Assembly (NCBI GenBank): GCA_024626585.2
Contig: JANKJI020000002.1
Span: 139,699,098 to 139,720,929, forward strand
DNA length: 21,832 bases
Direction: 5' to 3'
Origin: Ginkgo biloba
Lineage: Eukaryota > Plantae > Ginkgophyta
This document shows, one piece after another, positions 1-12,218 of this stretch. Each line of letters opens with the position of its first letter. The first letter of the stretch is position 1. Both the position numbers and the translations under genes were made by a program. The notes beneath the pieces were generated by a model, which was not told where the DNA came from, did not search any database, and saw only the letters and a program-made list of their open reading frames with translations.

Positions 1-1212
1 GAGGTTTGGGGACTGAGCCTAGAGAAGGCAGATTAAGCTTGAGTTGAGAGGGTTCTAGCCATTATGTTGCAGCATATCATATGTTGTAAGCATGTAGTTC
101 CACAGAGCATTGTCTAGGTCGAGTTCGATGCACACCCTCTTCTTCTTGTGACTTGTTTCAAACTCACTAATTATCTCACTAGCTAATGGTGCATGGAAGA
201 TACAACTTCAGGGAGAGATAGATATCCATTATTGGCCCTTTNNNNNNNNNNNNNNNNNNNNNNNNNNNNNNNNNNNNNNNNNNNNNNNNNNNNNNNNNNN
301 NNNNNNNNNNNNNNNNNNNNNNNNNNNNNNNNNNNNNNNNNNNNNNNNNNNGACTGCCTTCCATCTTATAGATTCTCCTTTGAATGTCCTTCCTTTCAAA
401 AATGGAGTTTCAAGAAGCCATTTGCAATGACATATATTAGAGCTACATCAACCCCTTAATGCCACGTTGCCCTTTTATTTAGAGCATTTTCCTCATATCT
501 CCAGTGGTATCATTGTCCTCCCAATTACCTTTGCCTACACTAGACTCATGGGCGCAAATGCTTCCTCGGCCAGCTCTAAGTGTGATCACACCGGCTCAGA
601 GTAGAGGTCAGGTATCATATTCCTAGGGACCAATGGACTGCAAGCTTCTTTCTTTTAAGGTTGAGACAAAGAAGAAGTTTATTTCCAGTCTACTCCAAGA
701 TTAGAGGTAAATATTATTGTCTTTTCAGGAGGTAGCAGGGTCACTTTCCTTTTTCTTCAGGTATAAGGATAAAAAATGCATGGCCCTCTTCATCAGAGAG
801 CTTGTTCTTCACAGACAATATTTACTGAGTAAGCTGAGATTCAGGCTTACTACCTACTTCTTCTAACCTACTACAGGGTATACTAGCCAGAAGCATCCCC
901 CTCGTAAGATCGGAGAACACTGTGGCTTCTCTAGATCCATTAGACATTGTCCATCATCTTGAAGTACTTGTCTACAGACCCAACCCTCTCACTCTAAATG
1001 GGGGAGTATGAGATCTACATGTCTGAGAATTTCAGATAGAGGCTGCATCCTCGCTTCTATGCAATTAGAGATAAATATCTGTGATTGGTGAGACAGGTCA
1101 CTCAATCCAATCNNNNNNNNNNNNNNNNNNNNNNNNNNNNNNNNNNNNNNNNNNNNNNNNNNNNNNNNNNNNNNNNNNNNNNNNNNNNNNNNNNNNNNNN
1201 NNNNNNNNNNNN

Positions 1213-2221
1213 TGCCATAAAAACGAAACTAGAAAAGGTTAAAAACCGGAATGGATAGATCCTCATGATCGCACCTGACTTTTGACTTCCGTCTGAAGTT
1301 TGTAGAAATCAAACTCCTAAACTAATGGAAAAAAACAACCATTTACTAGTGTAGTCCTTTAAAACAAAAACAAATCTTATTGAAGAATTTTCCATTATTT
1401 TTCTTTTAACCATTAGCTATATCATTGAAATGCCTCAAGCTCGCCCCTCCACAAAAATTTTCACCTTTGCCATGGGGCTAGAGATGCAGACTCATGAAGT
1501 AACTCCAAATTTCATTCTACACCAAAAAATAGTATCTACAAGTTTGCATTATTTGAGAACTTCAATTACGAAAGCACGATGGCCATTCCCAACTAAGGGT
1601 TCCAGAATCAATTCCTGTGGAGCCACGTCCAACACTACATATGCCCAAGTAACAGGAACTATCTCCAAAGGGAACAGGGCATGTTGTGGTAAGACTATAG
1701 ACAGCAATTTCAAGAAAGCAAGTGGGTAGTAAACTCTCATAGCCAAGTAGCGTAACGGTGCACAAATACAACAAGAAAAATAATATACAAAACAGTAAAG
1801 AGAATTCACTAAACAGACGCCTTGCCCAAAAGAGTAAAATGCTTTTAGATATTTTACTAAACAAAACCCCATGTCCATAGCTTATTCAGTACCATGCCGA
1901 TCAGCATGAGGAGATATAAAGAGAAACTAAAATGTGAACAGGAGGAAAAAACGTGGGAAAGTAATATTTTTCAATATGTGGCTCGAGGCAAACTTGCATA
2001 TGAACAGAGCTTGCGCTGGGTTGCATTGCTGAAGAAAATAAATCCCAACATACCCAACAAATATTGTATGAGTTGACACAAACCAAACAAAAACTCCACA
2101 CTTGCAAGATCTGGAGAACTTCATTCTTTTGATAGATCAGGAAAAAGCTCTTCTGTAANNNNNNNNNNNNNNNNNNNNNNNNNNNNNNNNNNNNCAAATT
2201 TTTGGCATTAAATTAACATAC
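1213..2221 (-). other. Intron following the first coding exon of RPSA (at least 1 kb; 3' end not seen)
   Basis: Starts at the GTATGT donor at 2221 and is U-rich on the minus strand. The expected next exon (IYIINLGKTWEKL...) was not found before the gap at 1113-1212. Confidence 0.7.
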
Positions 2222-2351
2222 CATCAGTTCGCCTCTTGAAAGCATAGCGCTCCATCTGAAAGTCGCAATTTTTGGTGCCAAGGTGGACGTCGGCAGCGAG
2301 CATCATCTGAATGTCCGCCTCTTTCTGAGACAAACCCATCCTATTCGCCAT
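2222..2351 (-). CDS. RPSA: 40S ribosomal protein SA (uS2/p40), first coding exon (partial gene)
   Basis: Reverse complement translates to [44 protein letters not shown], matching the plant uS2 N-terminus ([36 protein letters not shown]). The exon ends in phase 1 at G|GTATGT, the conserved RPSA intron position. No stops; CpGs retained. Confidence 0.95.
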
Positions 2352-2473
2352 TTCCAGAAAACTGCAGGAATTCCTCGGCAATCAATCTGTCTCAAAGCTA
2401 TTCCTTTACAATCCAAAACGTATAAGTGTGCACCAGTAGAACAAAATTGCAAAAGAGAAAGAGTGTAAACCCC

Positions 2474-2526
2474 AACCCTAACTTGTAATAGCTCCTCCTA
2501 CACCTCACTCTAAACCTAACCCTAAC
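2474..2526. promoter_or_regulatory. Telo-box-like motifs in the RPSA 5' region
   Basis: AACCCTAA at 2474-2481 and 2518-2525, about 125-175 nt upstream of the RPSA ATG. Telo-boxes (AAACCCTA) are typical of plant ribosomal-protein promoters and 5'UTRs; these copies are one base off consensus. Confidence 0.5.
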
Positions 2527-3365
2527 TCCCACTCAATCTCATATGACCGCTGGTTGCTGCTTTTAACTAAAATAGGTGCCCACTTTAAGCAAAAGCTCAT
2601 ACGACCAAAGACAAATTTGATTTTGCCTCCATTAATGGTTGTGACTAAAACCTTGTGGCCCCCAAAGAAATTAACCCATTTAAGACAACAATGAGAAAAA
2701 TTACCTCAAAAGTGGGGGAAAGGAACTAGTAGTGGTTCACTAACTCTAGAGAGTACACACGGCCATATAGACGCTAAATAAGGAGTATGACATGCCTTGG
2801 CTGCCATAGATGCTTACAAGGATGAGACTGGAGGATGCTCCAAATCTTCAAGGTGGAGGAACAGCACCAATGGAAGGCAGCTTGGTAGTGTTCTCTGGAG
2901 ACGTGAGCTTGGTGGGCTTTGCCTTTTGAGCAGGTTTGCCATACCTATCCAGAGCAATGTCTACATCATAGCAAGGCTTGGAAAGAGGCTCGGCAGAGAT
3001 TTTGGAGGTCTCTTCCCATTTTTGTGGCTTATATGAGAACTCATGACTGCCTTATTGCCTCCCCAGTGATGTTTGACTGTGGCTTGGGTAGCAAGTTGTT
3101 TAACAATACAAGGGATTTTTCCTGTTTGGGCATGTGATGGTGATTGGAGATGCATTGGTCTGGATTAAGAGCACTCACCTAGTCCCAACTAGCAATAGCG
3201 CTGCTATAGCTTTGCTCAAGGTTTTATGGAGCCATTTGCTGCCATAATCCTCACATTGGTGGGATTCTGCTGCTTTTCTAGGCTCAGTGTTTCCTCGCAT
3301 TGTGTATGTGGATGTGTCCTCCTCATGCTCAAAGGGCATTCAGCAACGAGTAGAAAATGAAAATG

Positions 3366-4181
3366 AAATAATATTAATGTCCGCATATGACCAAAAAGCA
3401 GTCGATGGGACTGTAATAATATACAGAAATGTTACAAGTTAGGGGAGTGCTTCTAGCATCTCCAATGCTAACATAAGACCTAAAAGATAGCTCTCCTAAT
3501 AATATAAATGTAGAGAGGGGAAGATGGAGGTAGCACAAGTGATGGTAGCCCGTTGCATGTACAGGCCCTTCATCCACTTTGCTGGCATCTGGGAAGAGTC
3601 CTCCATGCTGTGGAATAACTCAGTTGCTCATTATTAATGGCCAGGCCTGGGCAACTGAGTTAGGGCTTCTCTGACTTCTAGTGCAATATATAGAAGCAGA
3701 GGGGATTAGAGGAGCAGAGGTTGCAGGCAACCATGGGCATTGCCTCTTTTTCCCTGATTCGAGTTTACTTTTCTAAGGTTCAAGTAGCCATTAGACATAT
3801 GAAGTAAGGTCCAAGGAAGGGCTATCTTGTGGTAAGAGTTTCTCCCGGGTCCCTGCATGTTATCCAGTATTTGTTTGTGATATTAGTTAGCCCAATGTGG
3901 TAGACTAGAGTTTGAAACCAGGCTGGCTACCTCACTTCCCAAGTTTAGGTAATGCCAACCATACAACCAGCTTTGTTTTGGCATTGTTCCTGAGCCAGGG
4001 ATGAACCCTCCAAAAGATAGTTAATTAACTGACCCAGGGGTAATTTTTTCCAATTGATAAAAAGCATATTTTACAATGAAAAATAGTCCCACAACGTCTT
4101 GCTGCTGCAGAAACAACGGAAGAAGAAATTATATTAATGTCCACTGATGACCAAAAAGCAGCAATGGAGCTGAATATTATA
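3366..4181. repeat. Diverged direct repeat (~57-bp core at 3366-3423 and 4126-4181, offset 760 bp)
   Basis: aaataatattaatgtccgcatatgaccaaaaagcagtcgatgggactgtaataatata vs aaattatattaatgtccactgatgaccaaaaagcagcaatggagctgaatattata; weaker similarity continues downstream (agtgctt; tgtaca...gcatctg). Confidence 0.8.
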
Positions 4182-6916
4182 GCATGCCACGAAGTGCTTG
4201 ACAACTGTACATCAGGTCCATCCTCATCACCTGCTATAAAATTCATCAGCATCTGCTGGAGAATATAATCTGCTAAGGCTGTCATGGATATGGAGACCTT
4301 CTGTGTAACCCAGGGCAATAATCCAGCGAAGTCTCTAGATAGAGCAAGATATGGAGTCGCTCCAGTCATCAAGTGAAGCATCTCTCCTGCCATCCAAGGT
4401 AGAATCTCTTCTAGACGAGATGAAAAATCTAGTGCTACTTCCTCAATCAGCCCATGCAGCTCTCCTAGGGAGTCTAATAGAGATATGGCTCTGTTGTCTA
4501 AAGATTCTGGGTAAGAGGATAATATTTCTCATCTCTAGGCATGTCACCTAGTGGATCTAGTCGAAGAACAATGTCCAGTCAATCTTTGAATGTCATCAGG
4601 TTCAGCAAGGCATTTCTGCCAACTAAGAGTTTGTGTCAAATTTCCTTTAAAAAAAATTGTATAGTGTTGTTACTTAATTGTCAGAAGCCATTGTACTAGC
4701 CAAAGGCTCAGCCTCAGCTATCCATTGTAAATAGTTGAATTTTTCCTTTATATGTTTATGTGTCAATTCAAGGTGGTGGTTTTTTTGTCTTNNNNNNNNN
4801 NNNNNNNNNNNNNNNNNNNNNNNNNNNNNNNNNNNNNNNNNNNNNNNNNNNNNNNNNNNNNNNNNNNNNNNNNNNNNNNNNNNNNNNNNNNNNNNNNNNN
4901 NNNNNNNNNNNNNNNNNNNNNNNNNNNNNNNNNNNNNNNNNNNNNNNNNNNNNNNNNNNNNNNNNNNNNNNNNNNNNNNNNNNNNNNNNNNNNNNNNNNN
5001 NNNNNNNNNNTATTTCAATGTAAATATAAGTCGTATCTTTCAAAAAAAAAAAATTCTCCAATTGGCTATAATTCGCCCTTCAGATTTTCCCTACTCTCCT
5101 CCCTTTGGATGCTCTCTCTTAGCTGGACTTTTGCCTCTATGGTTTTCTTCATGGATGGCCTTGCTTCTTCTCTTTTCCTTTTCTTTTGAAATTTTTTTTC
5201 CCGTTACCCAACTATCTTTGCAATCGTTTTGAATTTTTGCACTTTTCTTTTCTTTTGGTTTTTTACCCCAAAGATTTTCAAAATTGTTTCGTATTGGAAT
5301 TTCTGATCCATTGAATCCGTCTTTTATGACAGGCGCATCACAACGCACTCTCAAAGACTTCGTAGTTTGAATCTCTGATAACTCGATAGCCTAATAGCCC
5401 AATATGCCAAAAATTTGAAATTACAAAAATTTGAAAAGTGCCGCTGGTGAAAAAATAGAAGACACATTACAGCCATAGATATTATCTGAATTCACTACTT
5501 GTTCAAGCAAACAGGAATGTTTCTGTGACCAAATATCCAATCGTTCCACATTAAACATGTTGCACCCATAGCTGAGTCTTTGTATGGCACATGAAGCCAA
5601 AAGGCTGCACTGGGAGGGAACATTTCATTCTGAATGCAGAGATCATATACAAATTTGTTTGTGATAGGAAACAACAATGTGATTTGTTGCAAATGTGTGA
5701 AACATGACATGAGAAATGCATTCAACCCCGTACAGTTTAGCATATCAAAATTATCTTGAGAGTGCTGAGTTGTGCCAGGCCAATATTTTGCTACTCACTT
5801 AAAGCTAGTTCAAGTCCCAAATTATACTATTTCTTTATTGAAGTAAATATAAACCAATCTCGATTGAATCTATCTTTAGTTAACTTATTCTTGAGTGAGA
5901 TAGGTTCATGTTCCTCAGTACTTTCTCTAGTTGGAGCATATTATTTGTGAGAGCGGATGCAAAAGTTTGGAAAGGCGTAAATGCAGAAATCTGCAACAAT
6001 GATTGGATCAGATTCATTAGACTTGGGCAAGTACACAGCCGGGTTAGTCGCTACATGTATCTATCAAAGTGGCCAAAGTTAACATGTTGGAGATTGCAAA
6101 GCTTAAATTTACATTGCCTAACATAACATCTCAATGATAAATAACGTATTAAAAGACCATCAAAACTTTCTTCAGGTGCTACAACTCTCAGCAAAATCTC
6201 ACCCCTCTCAGGCAACATATCACTATGAACACCAACATTGATCAAGCAATAGAAATCAGCTCATTACTATCTATGATACTTATTATTATGAACCTACTAC
6301 ACTCAACCCAATTCAGCTCCAAGAACACAAGCATGTAACAACAAAATCAAGTTCAGCACAACTGAATCAAATAACTTTAAAACTAGCGATATTCTACAAT
6401 GGATGAATACAGTTAGAGACCCCAAGAACTCAGATACTACTTGCATATTCCATTCAAACAAGCATAAGAAAAAACAAATGGTGCATGCATGGTTTTCAAG
6501 CATTTAGACATCCCAGATTCAGTTCACAAATCTTTAACAGAATATACAAGACTTAGGGCCTGAGGTAACAACCCACAATCTGTAAACAAAAGCCAAAACC
6601 ATGTATGATCCCCCCCCCCCACCATCATTATGTCAATGAAGATGATAAATGCTCTTTTAATTATATCTTTTAGTGGCCATAAGATTTGGGCTCTGGCTAG
6701 GATCAATCTTCGCCACTTCGACCAATTAGTTAATTAGTTCAATTCTCATTCTAGGGTTGCTTGAAAAAAGGAAATTTTTGACTTATCTATATACTGCAAC
6801 CTATGTAACATATTGATTTAGAATATACATAGATTGTACCAATCTTGAAGTATGATTGCATTAAAGATTGGAACAAAGAACAAGAGTCGATGCATGGATG
6901 CTAGATGAAACCAACT

Positions 6917-7163
6917 GAGAAGAATAAGGCTAGATTAGTGGTAACAAGATTGAAATAAAGAGAAGGGATAGACTTCTAGGAAACCTTTGCACTTATTAAA
7001 AATATGATCACTATTAGAGTAGTCATTGCCTTAACAACTCAATTCAGATGGGAACTTCACTAGATGGATGTCAAGAGCGCTTCCTCAATGGTGACTTGAT
7101 AGAAGAAGTATACATGGAGCAACCATTAGGTTTTGAGGTGAAGGGAAAGGCGAATTTAGTTTG
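6917..7163 (+). mobile_element. Degenerate Ty1/Copia reverse transcriptase fragment
   Basis: EKNKARLVVTRLK*REGIDF*ETFALIKNMITIRVVIALTTQFRWELH*MDVKSA/FLNGDLIEEVYMEQPLGFEVKGKANLV matches the Copia RT motifs KARLV, GIDF.ETF and LHQMDVKSAFLNG.L.EEVYMEQP.GF. Three stops and one frameshift; truncated by a gap. Confidence 0.95.
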
Positions 7164-7263
7164 NNNNNNNNNNNNNNNNNNNNNNNNNNNNNNNNNNNNN
7201 NNNNNNNNNNNNNNNNNNNNNNNNNNNNNNNNNNNNNNNNNNNNNNNNNNNNNNNNNNNNNNN

Positions 7264-7424
7264 GTATACTTAACCTAGGACGAGTCCTCTAGTCAATGGT
7301 TTTATCCACTCCAACGCAGTCCTATTGCGGAGAGCAACAACCTGTTGTTGGGTCATAATGGCATCCCATTAACCTCAATGACTCAGTTTTCCCAGTTGCT
7401 ATAAGTATCACTGTGGCAGCAACA
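7264..7424. mobile_element. Possible LTR terminus inserted into the Gypsy element
   Basis: The Gypsy reading frame stops abruptly at CAACA (TGTTG on the minus strand), a typical LTR end. The other end is lost in a gap and no target-site duplication can be checked. Confidence 0.35.
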
Positions 7425-7429
7425 ATGGA

Positions 7430-9058
7430 TATGATATTTGGTCGAGCATCAAGCTTTAATTTCATTGCATGATCTATAGATCTTTTAAACAAGAGCGAGT
7501 TTGGCAATTTCTCTAGAAGGATATACCTATGTTTATTGAGGAATGGGTGGTTGTTTATTTCAATCCCTAGGATGTCGGTGTCTTCAATCTTCAGTGCATT
7601 CCACTTTATTAAGTACCTATTTGGATACTTGGATGGCTAAAATGAGTGGTTGCAATAGCATTTGTAAGTAACCTTTGAAGTCATATGTATTATTGCTTTT
7701 ATTGATGGTTAGAGTGTGGCTTTTCCAATCATTTTATAGGTTATTTTTGTACAACTAATCATACACTAAGATAACGCCTTGCTTACTTAGTGGCATGCTC
7801 TCACAATCACATTGCTTGTATTAATATGTAATTGTAATTTTGGCACATAGGAATTGCATTCATAGAGGTCTTCCATTGACTACTTTAGTCGTATAAGGGT
7901 TGGAATGTGCTCGGAACTGTGGATGTAGTTTTTCTACTATTTTTGTTGATATGAAGTTGTAAGTGCAACCTAAGTCTAGAAAGATGGCCACATTTAGACC
8001 CTCAATTTTGACTCTAGAGCAAATCCAATCTCATTTCAATTGGTTGTTTTCTATTTTGGCTAGATTTATTAGGGTTATGCTATTCACAAACTTTTTGAAT
8101 GGGTTGTGCAAGAAGTGAGGACAAGTAACAAAAGTTTCCCAATATAACATATAACTTTTCTTTTGCATTCCTCCCTCTCCTCGTTTGTTAATTTTAGAGG
8201 GTATTTGCTTAGGTAACCCCATTTGTTATGATGGTAGGTCTATTTATAGAACCTTGGCTTTATAGTAAAGGCCCTAGCTTCGCATTGACTATTGCTTAGT
8301 TTGTTGTAATGCATCTATGATTTGTNNNNNNNNNNNNNNNNNNNATGTTTGGGAGACTCCCTTTTGAGCCTCAATTTTTATCTTTGTTGGTGATCCTTCG
8401 ATAAAAACATGTAACTTTCAAGCTCCGATAATATTTGAAATTTCCATTAAAATGGATGAGAAGATCTTAACATATTCACAAACATTGAATATCTATTTCA
8501 AGTTACGAAATCTTGTATGGCAAATATAAGAAACAATTGACAACAAAAAAATTTCATACAAGGTTGCTTTTAAGGTCTCTTGTGTTGTAGTTCCATGTGA
8601 CATATTTGAGTCAAGTTGCTTGGGTCTATCTTTGCCATCATGTTTATGAAGCATCTTTAAGTACTAAATGCCTATCTAGACTTGTGCTTCTCTAGTTATT
8701 TTCCTAATGGTGAAATGGTTTTTGATCCTACTAATTTGATAGTTAATGTTTTTTTGTTGCATTGACCTTCATATGCCTCAAGATCTTTTCCTTATGTTTG
8801 CAATATTATCCTTGTCCTATATATGTGTGGTAGGTTTATTTTCATATTTTGAAGTCAAAAGTTGAGTTATTGTAGTTAAATGGGACATTATTGTCGTGGT
8901 TTGCTCTTTTGTTGCAGTTGTTTGTATCCTTTGTTCTTTGTCCATTTCTATGATTTGAGCATTATGTTGCTCGAAAAAGTGTGGCCATTTGTTGTTGCAT
9001 GGCTAATAGAGCTACAATGGTTGTTGTAGATTGGGTATCAACATTTGATCCCTCACTT
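7430..9058 (-). mobile_element. Degenerate Ty3/Gypsy gag-protease-RT linker, interrupted at ~8326-8545
   Basis: Minus-strand motifs occur in the expected order. Gag-like YLKDAS*T*WQR...VTWN (~8590-8690); LTNEEREECKKK before a decayed zinc knuckle (~8100-8195); protease AIFLD(L)GCTYNFIS (~7945-7990); MPLSKQGVILVYD*LYKNN..DWKSHTL (~7710-7797); linker FLNKHRYILLEKLPNSLLFKRSIDHAMKLKLDARP (~7440-7545), comparable to LP..LPPKR.IDHAI.L...A.P. Confidence 0.85.
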
Positions 9059-10529
9059 NNNNNNNNNNNNNNNNNNNNNNNNNNNNNNNNNNNNNNNNNN
9101 NNNNNNNNNNNNNNNNNNNNNNNNNNNNNNNNNNNNNNNNNNNNNNNNNNNNNNNNNNNNNNNNNNNNNNNNNNNNNNNNNNNNNNNNNNNNNNNNNNNN
9201 NNNNNNNNNNNNNNNNNNNNNNNNNNNNNNNNNNNNNNNNNNNNNNNNNNNNNNNNNNNNNNNNNNNNNNNNNNNNNNNNNNNNNNNNNNNNNNNNNNNN
9301 NNNNNNNNNNNNNNNNNNNNNNNNNNNNNNNNNNNNNNNNNNNNNNNNNNNNNNNNNNNNNNNNNNNNNNNNNNGCTACAAAAATAGTGATATTTTTGGG
9401 TTGTCTTTATGCTTCCCTACTCACACAACTTTTGAACTATATTCGAAATTGTCTTTTACTCAATATCAATTTGCGTCTCAAGATAATTGTTGTGATAGAT
9501 CGATAGATAGATATACATATTATATTGTTTGACTGCCCAACAGGACATACTCTTGCTTGAAGGATGCAATTGCTCTAGGCATTGCTTGGTATTTTGTTTA
9601 TGTGTTGGTTGAGTAAAGAAATTATTAGGGTCAAGCTTTTACAAGTAGAGGACATGACTTATGTGAGCAAGACAACTGAGAAATGCAATGTTTTATTTTT
9701 TAACTATTATTTTAATGTACGATGTTTATACAATGCAACAACATTTAGAGACTAACTCTTATAGTAGTTGATAGGATATCGCCTACACTTGGTGCTGTAG
9801 TAAAGCAAAATTGATTGTTGACGCGATAAATTTGTTGCAAAACTATTTGTATAGCTATGGTAGACAAAATAGATCCAAAGAATATAATTTCTTTCTCATA
9901 AGATTTGCGTCAACCTCTAAAAAAATGATATTATTGTTAAAAATATATAGCTAATTTATTATTTGTTTATTTTGTGATTACTATATCTCTCTCTCCTTTT
10001 TTTCCCTTCTTTTTTCTTTTTTTCTTTCTTTCCTTGTCTTGTTTGAAATTTTGAATTGGTTTGGTAATAGAATTGGATTTAGTAATGGAATTGTACTCAA
10101 ACTCCTTCAATGTGCATTGATAGGTTGTCCCTCCTAACCATAAACCATTATGTATCATCTTGAAATCATTTTAATGACTATGCTACCAATGTAATGTAAA
10201 CAAATGATCTACATTTGTTAACTAGGCTAGGTTGTAAGAGTTGGCATTTAGATATTCATGTGTTCAAGGAATCATTCATTAATTGGAAGAACAATAACTT
10301 TGAAGTTGTGTATTTTCAATGACCAAATGAACGGATGGACAATAAATGATTTCACAATATAATGTTTGAGATGATATACGAGTAAGAGAGCTTGGATTGT
10401 GCCCATTTAAGGGGACATCCCAATGTAATATTTAAATTAATGAATTAGTCCATTACAAATGCCTCGTACGCCAAGACCATACCTAAAAGATTTTTTCCCC
10501 TCCCTCTAATTATGACTTGAGTAGGTCAT

Positions 10530-12186
10530 TTTCATATAATGAAGGTGTGTTCTAGATAGCCTCGTAGTAAGGAATGGGCTCCGCAAACATACCGAGTTAT
10601 TTTGTTCATCAACATTGAATTTGAGAAAACTTATTACAAAATTGAATGCCCTTTTATACTAGAAATGTTAAAATATTTGGGAATTGGTGAGCACTTTATC
10701 AAAATAGTTAAAATGTTATTTGAAAGTGCTTCAACATGTGTCATTTTAACCAAATGTCAAAAGAATGTCACCTCTTCAACCCTTTCACACAAATTCCCTT
10801 TACTACTACTCTATGTGCCTATAAGTAATGCCTTTGAAATCTAATCTCACATAGACCAGTTGAGAGTAGAACTAATGGCATCTTACCACATTCTAAAAAT
10901 GGATAGCAGATGATAAATAGGTATTCTCTTGAGAACTCTTTCTTGACTATTATGGAAGAGGAAGAGAATGTGAACCTAACAATGGAAAATACATCTATTT
11001 ACAATGTTNNNNNNNNNNNNNNNNNNNNNNNNNNNNNNNNNNNNNNNNNNNNNNNNNNNNNNNNNNNNNNNNNNNNNNNNNNNNNNNNNNNNNNNNNNNN
11101 NNNNNNNNGTTGCTTTTGTCTTTAACATACAATGTAGAGATCAAAGATATGCACCAATGGTTTGACATATGCAGTTGCTCATGGATTGAGCCTACTAGAA
11201 TATTCTAAGTTCACATCTCCTTTGGATTTGGAGCCACTCCTACAAAATTGAGGGTCTCAATCACAACAAGAGTTAAGATTTAACTGAGTTGTCAACTTTC
11301 CTAAGACTATGAACCTTGCAACTAAATATCATATTTGCAATACAATGCTAGCAAGCACTCATATCTATTACTACTCATGTTCAGGACCTCCTTATGTTGC
11401 CTATCAAAGGCTCGACAAGCTCCTTAGATTCTTCCTTTGAAAGGCTTCCATAGAATCAAATGCAATATGTGTTGCTTACCCAACAATCAAGAAAGCTTGG
11501 GCAATACTATTAATATCTAGCAATTGGGTTTGCTTTGTGTGCCAAAGAGATTGTCAAAGCAATGAAGTAGGAAGAAGACTGAAAGAAAGATTTTAATCAA
11601 ATATAATATCCTTAACGGTGCCTCAAATGGAAAAGCAAGTTGAAGAAACCTCTCCCTACCCTCAAGCAAACTTCACATGGGAAGCTCTCCTATTTTCCAC
11701 AACATTTGGAAAGCTTGGGAAGTTTGCAAACACAACCTCTCTAGGCAAGGGCCTAGTTATGATAACTCCATCTGATGTGATATCCTCTATTCGTTGATGA
11801 TGACAAGGCCTTTTGGCACATTTCTTTAGTTCAATGGTATCGAATACTACAAGAAAGGCATTAAGTAGTGGATGATCAATGTCCCATTGAGTAGAAAATC
11901 AATTGCCCTATGCAAGAGACAAAGCAAAGTATAGGTTGATCAATAATGACAAGGTTAAGCTACACAAAATCTTAGTCCTTTTCTAGATAACCTCTTGCTT
12001 AAACTATAAGCATTACTTCCCCATGGTGGAAGGACTCGACTTGAACCATCTCCCAACCATTCTTGAATTACTCAACTTCCCACATCTTCTCTCTGCCAAA
12101 ACAAGCAAGTACCTAATAAACAATGGGCTTTGGAGCAACATCTTTTGCTCACCCTTCCTCCAAAGGAGAATCTTAGTAATAGAACC

Positions 12187-12218
<32 letters not shown>

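Noticed and set aside
2516-2526. CTAACCCTAAC (and CTAAACCCT at ~20473) as a telomerase RNA template
   Set aside because: No type-3 Pol III promoter (USE+TATA) is seen. The first is better explained as a telo-box and the second lies inside a LINE.
4144-4173. TGATGA...CTGA as a C/D snoRNA
   Set aside because: Boxes are only ~20 nt apart, there is no terminal stem or rRNA guide, and they are not kept in the duplicate copy.
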